From positions 41,256 through 105,255 of the forward strand of contig JACPLN010000005.1 in the NCBI GenBank assembly GCA_016186485.1: a DNA stretch of 64,000 bases, given 5' to 3'. Below the pieces are notes generated by a model. That model was not told the DNA's origin and did no database searches. It saw nothing but the letters and a program-made list of their open reading frames with translations. This DNA is from Candidatus Nealsonbacteria bacterium (GTDB lineage: Bacteria; Patescibacteriota; Minisyncoccia; Minisyncoccales; UBA6532). The translations under genes and the position numbers were made by a program. Positions within the stretch are counted from its first letter, which is position 1. The number at the start of each line of letters is the position of its first letter. Below are positions 54,286-62,259 of this stretch, in pieces.

Positions 54286-55529
54286 AACAATCCCAGCTTT
54301 TGTTTAAAGCCCAAAGAGAGGCGCCAAAAGACGAAAAAAGCGTTAATGCTAAGCTTTTGGTCAGAGCCGCTTTTGTTGACAAGCTGATGGCGGGGGTTTA
54401 TTCATATCTGCCCCTGGGATTTTTGGTATTAAAGAAAATTGAAAATATTATAAGGGAGGAAATGGTTAAAGTCGGAGGACAAGAGCTTTTGCTTCCCGCT
54501 CTTCACCCCAAAGAAAATTGGGCGAAAACCGGCAGGTGGCAGACAGAAGAAATGTTTAAGCTAAAGAGCAGGGGCGGCAAAGACTATGGTTTGGGCTGGA
54601 CCCACGAGGAGATTATTACCCCCTTAGTTAAAAAGTTCGTAAGTTCCCATAAAGATCTGCCCCTTTTCGTGTTTCAGATTCAGAATAAGTTCAGAGACGA
54701 ATTGAGGGCAAAGTCAGGGATTTTGAGGGGCATAGAGTTTATAATGAAAGACCTTTATTCGTTTCACAAAGACGAAAAAGACCTAAGTGATTATTACGAA
54801 AAAGTTAAAAGCGCTTATTTTAAGATTTTCGCCAGGTGCGGACTAAAAAAGGAAACTTTTTTGACCCTGGCCGGAGGCGGCACTTTCAGCAAGTATTCGC
54901 ACGAATTTCAGGCAGTAACGCCTTATGGAGAAGACTTGATTTACCTTTGCAGAAATTGTTCTCTGGCCATAAACAAAGAGATAATTGAGGGAGAGGGAAA
55001 CGCTTGTTTTAAGTGTAAGAGCAAGAATTTAGAGCAAAAAAAGGCGATTGAACTGGGCAATATTTTTAAGCTGAACGATAGATTTTCTAAGGCCTTTGAT
55101 TTTTATTTTAAAGATGTAAAAGGCCAGAAAAAAATAGTTTTTATGGGTTGTTACGGAATTGGACTAGGAAGACTGATGGGGGCGATAGCAGAGATTAATA
55201 ACGACAAAAACGGGATTATTTGGCCAAAAGAAGTCGCCCCATTTTTGGTGCATTTAATACCCATAGAGGCAAGCAAAAAAGTTATAAAAGCGGCAGATAA
55301 TCTTTACGACGATTTACAAAATCAAGGGATAGAAGTATTATATGATGATAGATACGGAAAGGGCGCTGGCGAAAAATTAGTGGAAGCGGATTTATTGGGA
55401 ATACCGTACCGCATGGTAGTCAGCGAAAAGACTCTTAAACAAAATTCCATTGAGTTTAAAGAACGCGGTACAGAAAAAATGAGATTAATTAAAATCTCAA
55501 ATGTCAAAGTTCAAATGTCAAAGCTATGA
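54282..55529 (+). CDS. proS: Prolyl-tRNA synthetase, minimal form without INS editing domain
   Basis: Class II motifs (FRDELRAKSGILRGIEF, GCYGIG), anticodon-binding C-terminus; CxxC...CxxC module in place of INS; 415 aa. Confidence 0.85.
   Translation: MKQSQLLFKAQREAPKDEKSVNAKLLVRAAFVDKLMAGVYSYLPLGFLVLKKIENIIREEMVKVGGQELLLPALHPKENWAKTGRWQTEEMFKLKSRGGKDYGLGWTHEEIITPLVKKFVSSHKDLPLFVFQIQNKFRDELRAKSGILRGIEFIMKDLYSFHKDEKDLSDYYEKVKSAYFKIFARCGLKKETFLTLAGGGTFSKYSHEFQAVTPYGEDLIYLCRNCSLAINKEIIEGEGNACFKCKSKNLEQKKAIELGNIFKLNDRFSKAFDFYFKDVKGQKKIVFMGCYGIGLGRLMGAIAEINNDKNGIIWPKEVAPFLVHLIPIEASKKVIKAADNLYDDLQNQGIEVLYDDRYGKGAGEKLVEADLLGIPYRMVVSEKTLKQNSIEFKERGTEKMRLIKISNVKVQMSKL
55491..55524 (+). repeat. Heptamer-like micro-repeat forming the proS C-terminal tail
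   Basis: AAAATCTCAAATGTCAAAGTTCAAATGTCAAAGC encoding KISNVKVQMSK; runs into the ATGA overlap with mreB2. Confidence 0.65.
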
Positions 55530-56575
55530 TTAATCCTTTTTCATACTTTTCAAAAGACGTTGCCATAGATTTAGGAACGGCCAGCACTTTGGTTTATGTC
55601 AGAGGGCAGGGGATTGTTATTGTTGAGCCGTCGGTTGTGGCCGTTAACCAAAAAACCGGCAAGATTTTAGCTATCGGCAATGAAGCAAAAAAGATGGTGG
55701 GCCGCACGCCCGTGCACATTGTTGCCACCCGCCCCTTGGTTAAGGGAGTAATTTCTGATTTTGAGGTGACAGAACAGATGTTAAAATATTTTATTGAAAG
55801 GGTCCACCAAAAGAGATTTTTTTTGACCCCGATGCCAAGAGTAATTATTGGCATTCCCATTGGGGTGACAGAAGTTGAAAAAAAAGCGGTTCAAGATGCC
55901 GCAAAATCAGCCGGAGCCAGAGAAGTGTATCTTATTGAACAACCAATGGCTGCCGCCATAGGGGCAAGACTTCCTGTCCAAGAGGCGGGAGGCAACTTTA
56001 TAGTTGATATTGGCGGAGGGACGGCTCAGGTAGCGGTTATTTCTCTAGGCGGCCTTGTTATTTCAAAAAGCTTGAGGATAGCCGGAGATCAGCTTAATCA
56101 GGATATAATCAATTTTGCGCAAGAAGAGTACAAGCTTTTGATAGGGGAAAGGACGGCAGAAGAAATAAAAATAGGGATAGGCTCTGCTTTTCCCTCAAAA
56201 GAGAAAAAAGAAATGCCTATGCGCGGCAGAAATATTGTTACGGGGCTGCCGGAAGAAATTATGGTAACCGATGAAGACATCAGGAGAGCTCTGGAAAAAT
56301 CAGTCAGGCAGATTGTCCAAACCATAAAGATTACGGTTGAGGAAACGCCGCCCGAACTATTGGCAGACGTAATGACTAAGGGTATCCATTTGACCGGCGG
56401 AGGAAGCCTTCTAAGAGGATTGAATGCCTTGATTGCCAAAGAAACCAAAGTTCCAACAAAGGTTATTGAAGACCCCTTGACGGCAGTAGCCAGGGGAGCC
56501 GGCATAGTATTGGAAAACATTGATGAATTAAATGAGGTGCTTGCGGAAACAGAAGAATTAGAGCCGCCGCATTAA
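55526..56575 (+). CDS. mreB: Rod-shape protein MreB (paralog 2)
   Basis: VAIDLGTAST, VDIGGGTAQ, HLTGGGSLL motifs. Confidence 0.9.
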   Translation: MINPFSYFSKDVAIDLGTASTLVYVRGQGIVIVEPSVVAVNQKTGKILAIGNEAKKMVGRTPVHIVATRPLVKGVISDFEVTEQMLKYFIERVHQKRFFLTPMPRVIIGIPIGVTEVEKKAVQDAAKSAGAREVYLIEQPMAAAIGARLPVQEAGGNFIVDIGGGTAQVAVISLGGLVISKSLRIAGDQLNQDIINFAQEEYKLLIGERTAEEIKIGIGSAFPSKEKKEMPMRGRNIVTGLPEEIMVTDEDIRRALEKSVRQIVQTIKITVEETPPELLADVMTKGIHLTGGGSLLRGLNALIAKETKVPTKVIEDPLTAVARGAGIVLENIDELNEVLAETEELEPPH

Positions 56576-56576
56576 G

Positions 56577-56864
56577 ATGATTTCCAAAAAAGAAATTGAA
56601 CACATTGCTAAATTAGCCAGGCTGGGTTTAAGTGACGCCGAAATCAAAAAATACAAGAATGATCTTTCTTCAATTTTGGGGTACATAGAAAAGTTAAAGG
56701 AGGTTGATATTTCGGGAATAGAGCCAACCAGCCATTCTGTGATTGTTGAAAGCGTAACGAGGGAAGATGAGGCGAAAGCCGAGGAATCGGAAGTGGTAAG
56801 AAAATTGGCGGAAATGGCTCCCGATAAGAAAAATGGATACGTAAAGGTAAAATCGGTTCTCTAA
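56577..56864 (+). CDS. gatC: Glu/Asp-tRNA amidotransferase subunit C
   Basis: 95 aa; HIAKLARLGLSD start typical of GatC; upstream of gatA. Confidence 0.85.
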   Translation: MISKKEIEHIAKLARLGLSDAEIKKYKNDLSSILGYIEKLKEVDISGIEPTSHSVIVESVTREDEAKAEESEVVRKLAEMAPDKKNGYVKVKSVL

Positions 56865-56866
56865 TT

Positions 56867-58285
56867 ATGGAACTCACCGAGCTTACTATTGCAGAGGCTA
56901 ACAGGGGTTTGGTAAATAAGGAATTCTCGGCCCAGGATTTAGCTAAGGCTTTTTTAGATAAAATTGAAAAGGAAGACAAAGATATTTTTTCCTTTTTAAC
57001 GGTAACCAAAGATCAAGCTCTTTTAAAGGCCAAACAAGTTGATGAATTAATAAATGGGAAAAATGATATCCCGCTGTTGGCCGGGGTGCCCTTGGGCGTT
57101 AAAGATAATATTCTGGTAAGGGGCACAAGGTGTACTGCGGGATCTAAAATCCTAGAAAATTATATTTCTCCCTATGACGCCGCCGTTGCGAGAAAGATTA
57201 AAAAACAGGGAGCCGTAATTTTGGGAAAGACTAATATGGATGAGTTTGCAATGGGGGCTTCTGGCGAGAATTCTGCTTTCGGTCCGACAAAGAACCCCCG
57301 TGATTTAACCAAAGTGCCCGGGGGGTCTTCTTCCGGATCGGCCGCAGCCGTGGCTGCCGATATGGCAGTTTACGCCTTAGGCTCTGACACGGCAGGCTCA
57401 ATAAGACAGCCCGCTTCATTTTGCGGGATTGTCGGTCTAAAGCCGACATACGGAGCTGTTTCAAGATATGGATTGATAGCAATGGCTTCTTCTTTGGATC
57501 AGATTGGTCCAATAGCTAAGACTGTGGAAGATGCCAGAATTGTTTTTGAGGCGATCCAGGGAAAAGACCCAGCCGATTCAACTTCAGTTGAATCGGAAAT
57601 CCGAAATCAGCAATTCGCAATTCAAAAATTAAGAATAGGGCTCCCCAAGGAATATTTTATTAAGGGTACTGATAACGAAGTGGAGAAAATAGTAAGAGGG
57701 GCGATTAAAAAATACGAAGAAATGGGAGCAAAAATTGAGGAAGTCAGCCTGCCTCACACGGAGTATTCCGTAGCCGCCTATTATATTATTACTCCTTCTG
57801 AGATTTCGGCGAATTTGGCGAGGTACGATGGAATAAAATACGGCTACAGCGATAACGCGGTAAATGATTTAATGAAGGTATATTTGAATTCGCGAGGGAG
57901 GGGTTTTGGCGATGAAGTTAGACGGAGAATTATGCTTGGCACGTATGCGCTTTCTGCCGGTTATTACGACGCCTATTATTTGAGAGCTCAAAAAGTCAGG
58001 ACTCTTATCAGAGAAGACTTCACCAATGTTTTTAAAAAAGTTGATGTCCTAATGACCCCAGTTGCGCCCACACCCGCCTTTTTACTAGGGGAAAAGATTA
58101 AAGACCCCCTTTCAATGTATCTTTGCGATGTCTTTACCGCGCCGGTTAATTTAGCCGGTCTCCCCGCCCTTTCTTTGCCCGCAGGAAAGGCTGGGAATTT
58201 GCCAGTAGGACTTCAAATTATAGGAAAACCATTCGAGGAAGACATTATTTTAAAAGCAGGAGAACTATTAGAAAAAACTATTTAA
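56867..58285 (+). CDS. gatA: Glu/Asp-tRNA amidotransferase subunit A
   Basis: Amidase signature GGSSSGSAAAVA, KDNI, GSDTAGSIRQPA. Confidence 0.95.
   Translation: MELTELTIAEANRGLVNKEFSAQDLAKAFLDKIEKEDKDIFSFLTVTKDQALLKAKQVDELINGKNDIPLLAGVPLGVKDNILVRGTRCTAGSKILENYISPYDAAVARKIKKQGAVILGKTNMDEFAMGASGENSAFGPTKNPRDLTKVPGGSSSGSAAAVAADMAVYALGSDTAGSIRQPASFCGIVGLKPTYGAVSRYGLIAMASSLDQIGPIAKTVEDARIVFEAIQGKDPADSTSVESEIRNQQFAIQKLRIGLPKEYFIKGTDNEVEKIVRGAIKKYEEMGAKIEEVSLPHTEYSVAAYYIITPSEISANLARYDGIKYGYSDNAVNDLMKVYLNSRGRGFGDEVRRRIMLGTYALSAGYYDAYYLRAQKVRTLIREDFTNVFKKVDVLMTPVAPTPAFLLGEKIKDPLSMYLCDVFTAPVNLAGLPALSLPAGKAGNLPVGLQIIGKPFEEDIILKAGELLEKTI
57593..57630 (+). repeat. In-frame heptamer-like micro-repeat in gatA
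   Basis: TCGGAAATCCGAAATCAGCAATTCGCAATTCAAAAATT encoding SEIRNQQFAIQKL. Confidence 0.55.
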
Positions 58286-58289
58286 TTCT

Positions 58290-58853
58290 ATGTTTCACGA
58301 AACAATTTTAAACCAAAACATATTTCAGTCTTCAAGAGATGTTTTTCTTTTTCTCCGTCTTTTTTTGGTCGGAAAGGAATTTCAGGCCGTTATTTTTCCC
58401 GTAAAGATTATTTTCATTGCGTCAGGAGTATTTTTCTTCGCAATAATTATTTTCAGCATTTTTGGGACAAGCTGGTTTAATAGGTTCTTTTTGGAGTATC
58501 TGGTAGAGTTTTTTACTTATAAGCCCTATGGCTTGAAACGGGCAACAAAAGAATGGCAATCGGTTTTGAAAAGGCTGGAAACGCCTTCCGAGGCAGAGTA
58601 CAAACTGTCTATTATTGAAGCAGATAATTTGCTTAACGATACCTTAGAACGATTAAAATATCCCGGAGAAACCCTGGAAAAAAGGCTGGAGAAAATTTCC
58701 GGCGCCGTTGTTTCCAACGTAAAAGACGCTATTGAGGCCCACAAAATCCGTAACAGCATTGTTCACGATCCCGATTACCGCTTAACTGTTGAGGGGGCCC
58801 GCAAGATTTTGGAAACTTACGAAAAGTCTTTAAGGGAGCTTGAAGTTATATAA
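58290..58853 (+). CDS. Membrane-anchored protein with C-terminal HEPN-like (DUF4145-like) domain
   Basis: N-terminal TM helix; C-terminal KIRNSIVHDP (Rx4H) within a helical region. Confidence 0.4.
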   Translation: MFHETILNQNIFQSSRDVFLFLRLFLVGKEFQAVIFPVKIIFIASGVFFFAIIIFSIFGTSWFNRFFLEYLVEFFTYKPYGLKRATKEWQSVLKRLETPSEAEYKLSIIEADNLLNDTLERLKYPGETLEKRLEKISGAVVSNVKDAIEAHKIRNSIVHDPDYRLTVEGARKILETYEKSLRELEVI

Positions 58854-58874
58854 GAATTATTGTAAAGTATTCGC

Positions 58875-58945
58875 AGCGGGGTTGAGTAGTAGTAGCTCGT
58901 GGGTCTCATAAGCCCAAGGCCTAGGTGCAATTCCTAGCCCCGCAA
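58875..58945 (+). tRNA. Initiator tRNA-fMet (CAU) with atypical D- and T-loops
   Basis: Position-by-position similarity to the E. coli initiator as recalled: AGCGGGG..GAGT-AGTAGTA-GCTC..TGGGT-CTCATAA-GCCCA..CTAGG-TGCAATT-CCTAG-CCCCGCA-A; 1:72 mismatch (A:A). Confidence 0.7.
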
Positions 58946-58955
58946 CAATTTTCAA

Positions 58956-59027
58956 GGCTGGGTAGCTCAGTGGCAGAGCAGACGTTTCATAAGCGTCGGG
59001 TCGTGAGTTCAATTCTCACCCCAGCCA
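58956..59027 (+). tRNA. tRNA with CAU anticodon (elongator Met or lysidine-dependent Ile2)
   Basis: GGCTGGG-TA-GCTC-AGTGGCA-GAGC..GACGT-TTCATAA-GCGTC..GTGAG-TTCAATT-CTCAC-CCCAGCC-A; no CCA. Confidence 0.8.
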
Positions 59028-59040
59028 TTGTATTATATAT

Positions 59041-59115
59041 GGACCCGTAGTGTAGCCCGGTTAACACGTCCCCCTGTCACGGGGAAGATCGTGGGTTCAA
59101 ATCCCATCGGGTCCG
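59041..59115 (+). tRNA. tRNA-Asp (GUC)
   Basis: GGACCCG..GTGT-AGCCCGGTTA-ACAC..TCCCC-CTGTCAC-GGGGA..GTGGG-TTCAAAT-CCCAT-CGGGTCC-G. Confidence 0.85.
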
Positions 59116-59182
59116 CCGCATACAAAATTTCAAAGAAATTTTTACGTTGCTGAAACGTAAGAACGTACAATTAGCAGGTTTA

Positions 59183-59210
59183 AAAACCGCCAGTTAGCTA
59201 GCGGTTTTTT
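59183..59210. terminator. Bidirectional terminator hairpin
   Basis: AAAACCGC-N10-GCGGTTTT with A-run and T-run on either side; between the tRNA cluster and a convergent membrane gene. Confidence 0.6.
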
Positions 59211-59959
59211 GATGGAGGTTTAAGAATGGTAATCGCGGCAAATAGTATTATTGGGACCAGGGCCACAATTGCCAGCTCTTTGTATCCGAGATACAAAGCT
59301 TCCAGCGCATTATTGGCAAACAGCAACGAAAAGATAAAAATCGGAATATTGTTTTGTTGGCGAGACTCGGTTGATTTTTTCGTTGATCTTCGGTAGACAG
59401 CGGTTATTAAAAATCCGACAAATAGCCATCCTAAGAAATTTAGGGCAGGTACGCCATAATAAGGACCATTATCAATCCATATCCAAGCTTTTAGCCCGGT
59501 GGCTGCAGGTTCAAGAAACAGGTCAAATATCATCAGCCATAATCCGTCAGCAAACGAAAGGAATATTACGGGTAATTTTTTGTTTCCCAAAATGAGGTTT
59601 GTTGTTGAGAAGGAGATATAGGCGAGAACTGCCCAAAATACAGGAATGGATATAGGAACCAAATATATGTATGGTTCTCTCATAACCTCTGGATTGTAGT
59701 AATATTTCCCAAAGGGGATTCCGTATATGGTTCCCAAGAGTTCCGCGAAAAGGCCAACCCAAAAAGCAACCAAAACAAACAATACAAACCTCTTTCTGAG
59801 AAAAATTGCCATATGCAGAATAATCCCAACAGAAACCAGCATTACCCCTATTCCGTGGAGTTGGAAGAAAATTTTATCCTCCCCGTTAATAAGGGCAGGG
59901 AATCTTAAGACGGTAGTTATAAGATAGGCAATCGGAAAAAATGCATATTTAGCTTTCAA
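59198..59959 (-). CDS. Polytopic membrane protein, possibly carotenoid-biosynthesis-protein (DUF422)-like
   Basis: About 8 TM helices; GIPFGKYYY and YYGVPALNFLGW resemble the recalled family pattern. Confidence 0.4.
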   Translation of the reverse strand: MKAKYAFFPIAYLITTVLRFPALINGEDKIFFQLHGIGVMLVSVGIILHMAIFLRKRFVLFVLVAFWVGLFAELLGTIYGIPFGKYYYNPEVMREPYIYLVPISIPVFWAVLAYISFSTTNLILGNKKLPVIFLSFADGLWLMIFDLFLEPAATGLKAWIWIDNGPYYGVPALNFLGWLFVGFLITAVYRRSTKKSTESRQQNNIPIFIFSLLFANNALEALYLGYKELAIVALVPIILFAAITILKPPSKNR

Positions 59960-60114
59960 CGTGCTCTAATTAAGATAAGCAGATTATTCCGTTGGGTCAA
60001 GATAGGTTATTTGACAAAAATAGATACCATTTGTCAGCCGAAAATTTTTACATGGGGGGCCGCATTGACGCGGCTCCTCTTTTCTTATAATCTGATTTTA
60101 GTTGGTTTAGCACA

Positions 60115-62169
60115 TTGAAAATAAAAATACCCATTACTGAAAAATTGGAAATCGTTGAGGATATAAATGGGCTAAGAGTCGCAGATCCTTACCGCTGGCT
60201 AGAAGACGAAAAGAGCAGGAAAGTAAAATCTTGGGTAAAATCACAGAACGCTTTTACGAAATCGGTGTTGGGCAACGTTGGTCATCAAAAAGACTTAACT
60301 GAGAAAAGGCTAAAAGAGCTTTTCTCTGTTGGCGGTTCCACGACCCCAATAATCAGGGGCAACAGATACTTTTTCTTTGAAAGAAAAGGCAGCGATGATT
60401 TGCATATTTTATACTTGCAGGAAGGACTTCAGGGCAAGCCCAGGGTTTTACTGGATCCAAATAAAATGTCAAAAGATAAGAGCGTTGACGTTGGAGAAGT
60501 GGTTCCATCCCGAGACGGAAAGCTATTGGCATACGCTGTAAATAAAAATGGGGCATCTATGAATGATCTTCGGATTCTAGACGTTGAAACAGGAATGGAC
60601 TTGCCTGGTTTTATTCCCGGCAAGCTGAATCCTTGTTCAATCGTTTGGAGCGTGGATTCAAAAGCGTTCTGGTACTCCCGCAGACTCCAAAAAGCGCCTA
60701 AAGGCGAAAAGCAATATCATTTGAAGGTATTCTTTCATAGATTGGGCGATGATTGGCGAGAAGATAAATTAGTCTTTGGCGAAAATCTTTCAAAGTATCA
60801 TTACCCCGGGGCGGAAATTTCTCTTGACGGGCGCTATCTTCTTATTGGAGTAATGGTAACCCGTTATCATACAGAACTATTTTTGAAAGATTTGCAAAAT
60901 CCTGCCAGTAACTTAATTCCAGTAGTACAAGGCGTAAAATCAGTTTTCAATGGCGCAATTCACCGAGACTCTATTTACATTTTGACCAATCATAACGCGC
61001 CTTTGTGGAAACTAATGAAGGTTAAGATTAGTGATGCAGACAAAGGGTTTGCCGCCTGGCAAACGGTTATTCCGGATAGCCGGCACAAAATTGAAAGAAG
61101 CATGTTTATTAAAGACAAGATCATCGTTGAAAAAACGGAGAATGTTTGTTCGGTTTTGACAATACATGACTTAGACGGGAAATTGCTTTCCAAGATTTCG
61201 TTGCCGCCATTGAGTTCTGTTGTAGAGATATCCGGCGAGGAAGAAGGCGATGAGTTTTTCTTCAGTTTTGAATCTTTCTTGCTGCCGCCAGCAATTTTCC
61301 ATTTTGATTTGGGAAAAGGAAGTTATAAACCTTTCAAAAATCGTGAAGTTCCTGGCTTTGATTCATCTGCCTTTAAGGCAGAACAGATTTGGTACACGTC
61401 AAAAGACGGTACGTTAATTCCAATGTTTCTAGTTCACAAAAAAAGCTTGGAATTTAATTCAAACAATCCAACCATTCTTTATGGTTACGGCGGATTCAAT
61501 GTTAATAAAAATCCTGAATTTAATAAAGGGCTGATTCCTTTTCTGGAAAATGGGGGAATCTACGCTGTAGCTAATATAAGAGGGGGCGGAGAATTCGGAG
61601 AAGAGTGGCATAAAGCCGGAATGCTGGAAAAGAAGCAGAATGTTTTTGACGATTTTATTGCTGCGGCTGAGTGGCTGATAAAAAACGGTTATACCAATCC
61701 AAAGCGTTTAGCTATTATGGGTGGCAGTAACGGAGGCTTGCTGGTCTGCGCAGTATTGGCGCAGCGGCCGGATTTAATGAAAGCGGTAGTAGCAGAAGTT
61801 CCGCTTTCTGATATGGTAAGGTATCACAAGTTTCACCATGGCATGGTTTGGACAAGCGAATATGGGAATCCAGACAAAGCAGAAGACCTTAGATACATTT
61901 TTGCTTATAGCCCATACCATAACGTGAAAGACGGAGAGAATTATCCGGCAACCATGATTATGGTTGGAACGGAAGACGACAACGTACATCCTTTTCACGG
62001 CTACAAAATGATAGCTAGACTTCAGGAAGCCAACAGATCCTCTGACCCGATTATTCTCAGGGCTGAGGATAAAGCTGGGCATGGCGGAGCCAACGCCGTG
62101 TCTAAATTAATAGAAGAAGAAGCCGATAAGTGGGGATTTCTTTTCTGGCAATTGGGAGTAAAACGATAA
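60115..62169 (+). CDS. Prolyl oligopeptidase (S9A family)
   Basis: N-terminal DPYRWLED, beta-propeller-length middle, GGSNGG catalytic Ser motif, C-terminal D and H region; TTG start. Confidence 0.85.
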   Translation: MKIKIPITEKLEIVEDINGLRVADPYRWLEDEKSRKVKSWVKSQNAFTKSVLGNVGHQKDLTEKRLKELFSVGGSTTPIIRGNRYFFFERKGSDDLHILYLQEGLQGKPRVLLDPNKMSKDKSVDVGEVVPSRDGKLLAYAVNKNGASMNDLRILDVETGMDLPGFIPGKLNPCSIVWSVDSKAFWYSRRLQKAPKGEKQYHLKVFFHRLGDDWREDKLVFGENLSKYHYPGAEISLDGRYLLIGVMVTRYHTELFLKDLQNPASNLIPVVQGVKSVFNGAIHRDSIYILTNHNAPLWKLMKVKISDADKGFAAWQTVIPDSRHKIERSMFIKDKIIVEKTENVCSVLTIHDLDGKLLSKISLPPLSSVVEISGEEEGDEFFFSFESFLLPPAIFHFDLGKGSYKPFKNREVPGFDSSAFKAEQIWYTSKDGTLIPMFLVHKKSLEFNSNNPTILYGYGGFNVNKNPEFNKGLIPFLENGGIYAVANIRGGGEFGEEWHKAGMLEKKQNVFDDFIAAAEWLIKNGYTNPKRLAIMGGSNGGLLVCAVLAQRPDLMKAVVAEVPLSDMVRYHKFHHGMVWTSEYGNPDKAEDLRYIFAYSPYHNVKDGENYPATMIMVGTEDDNVHPFHGYKMIARLQEANRSSDPIILRAEDKAGHGGANAVSKLIEEEADKWGFLFWQLGVKR

Positions 62170-62192
62170 TGGGAACTAGATTCCCATTTTTT
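62170..62192 (+). terminator. Rho-independent terminator
   Basis: TGGGAA-CTAGA-TTCCCA followed by TTTTTT. Confidence 0.6.
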
Positions 62193-62259
62193 ATTGACTT
62201 TTAAAAATAAATATGGTAAGGTATTTTTCAGTACCTTATAAAAAATAGGTGAAGAATTG

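Noticed and set aside
59044-59052. The 9-mer CCCGTAGTG is shared between tRNA-Asp and the left end of the MITE-like element (possible tRNA-derived element).
   Set aside because: A 9-mer match is expected by chance at this scale, and no further similarity extends from it.
62193-62259. Looked for a lysine riboswitch upstream of lysC, and for T-box leaders upstream of pheS (63499-63562), leuS (11794-11887) and hisS.
   Set aside because: These intergenic regions are only about 20-95 nt, too short for those elements, and no specifier or T-box-like sequence is seen.
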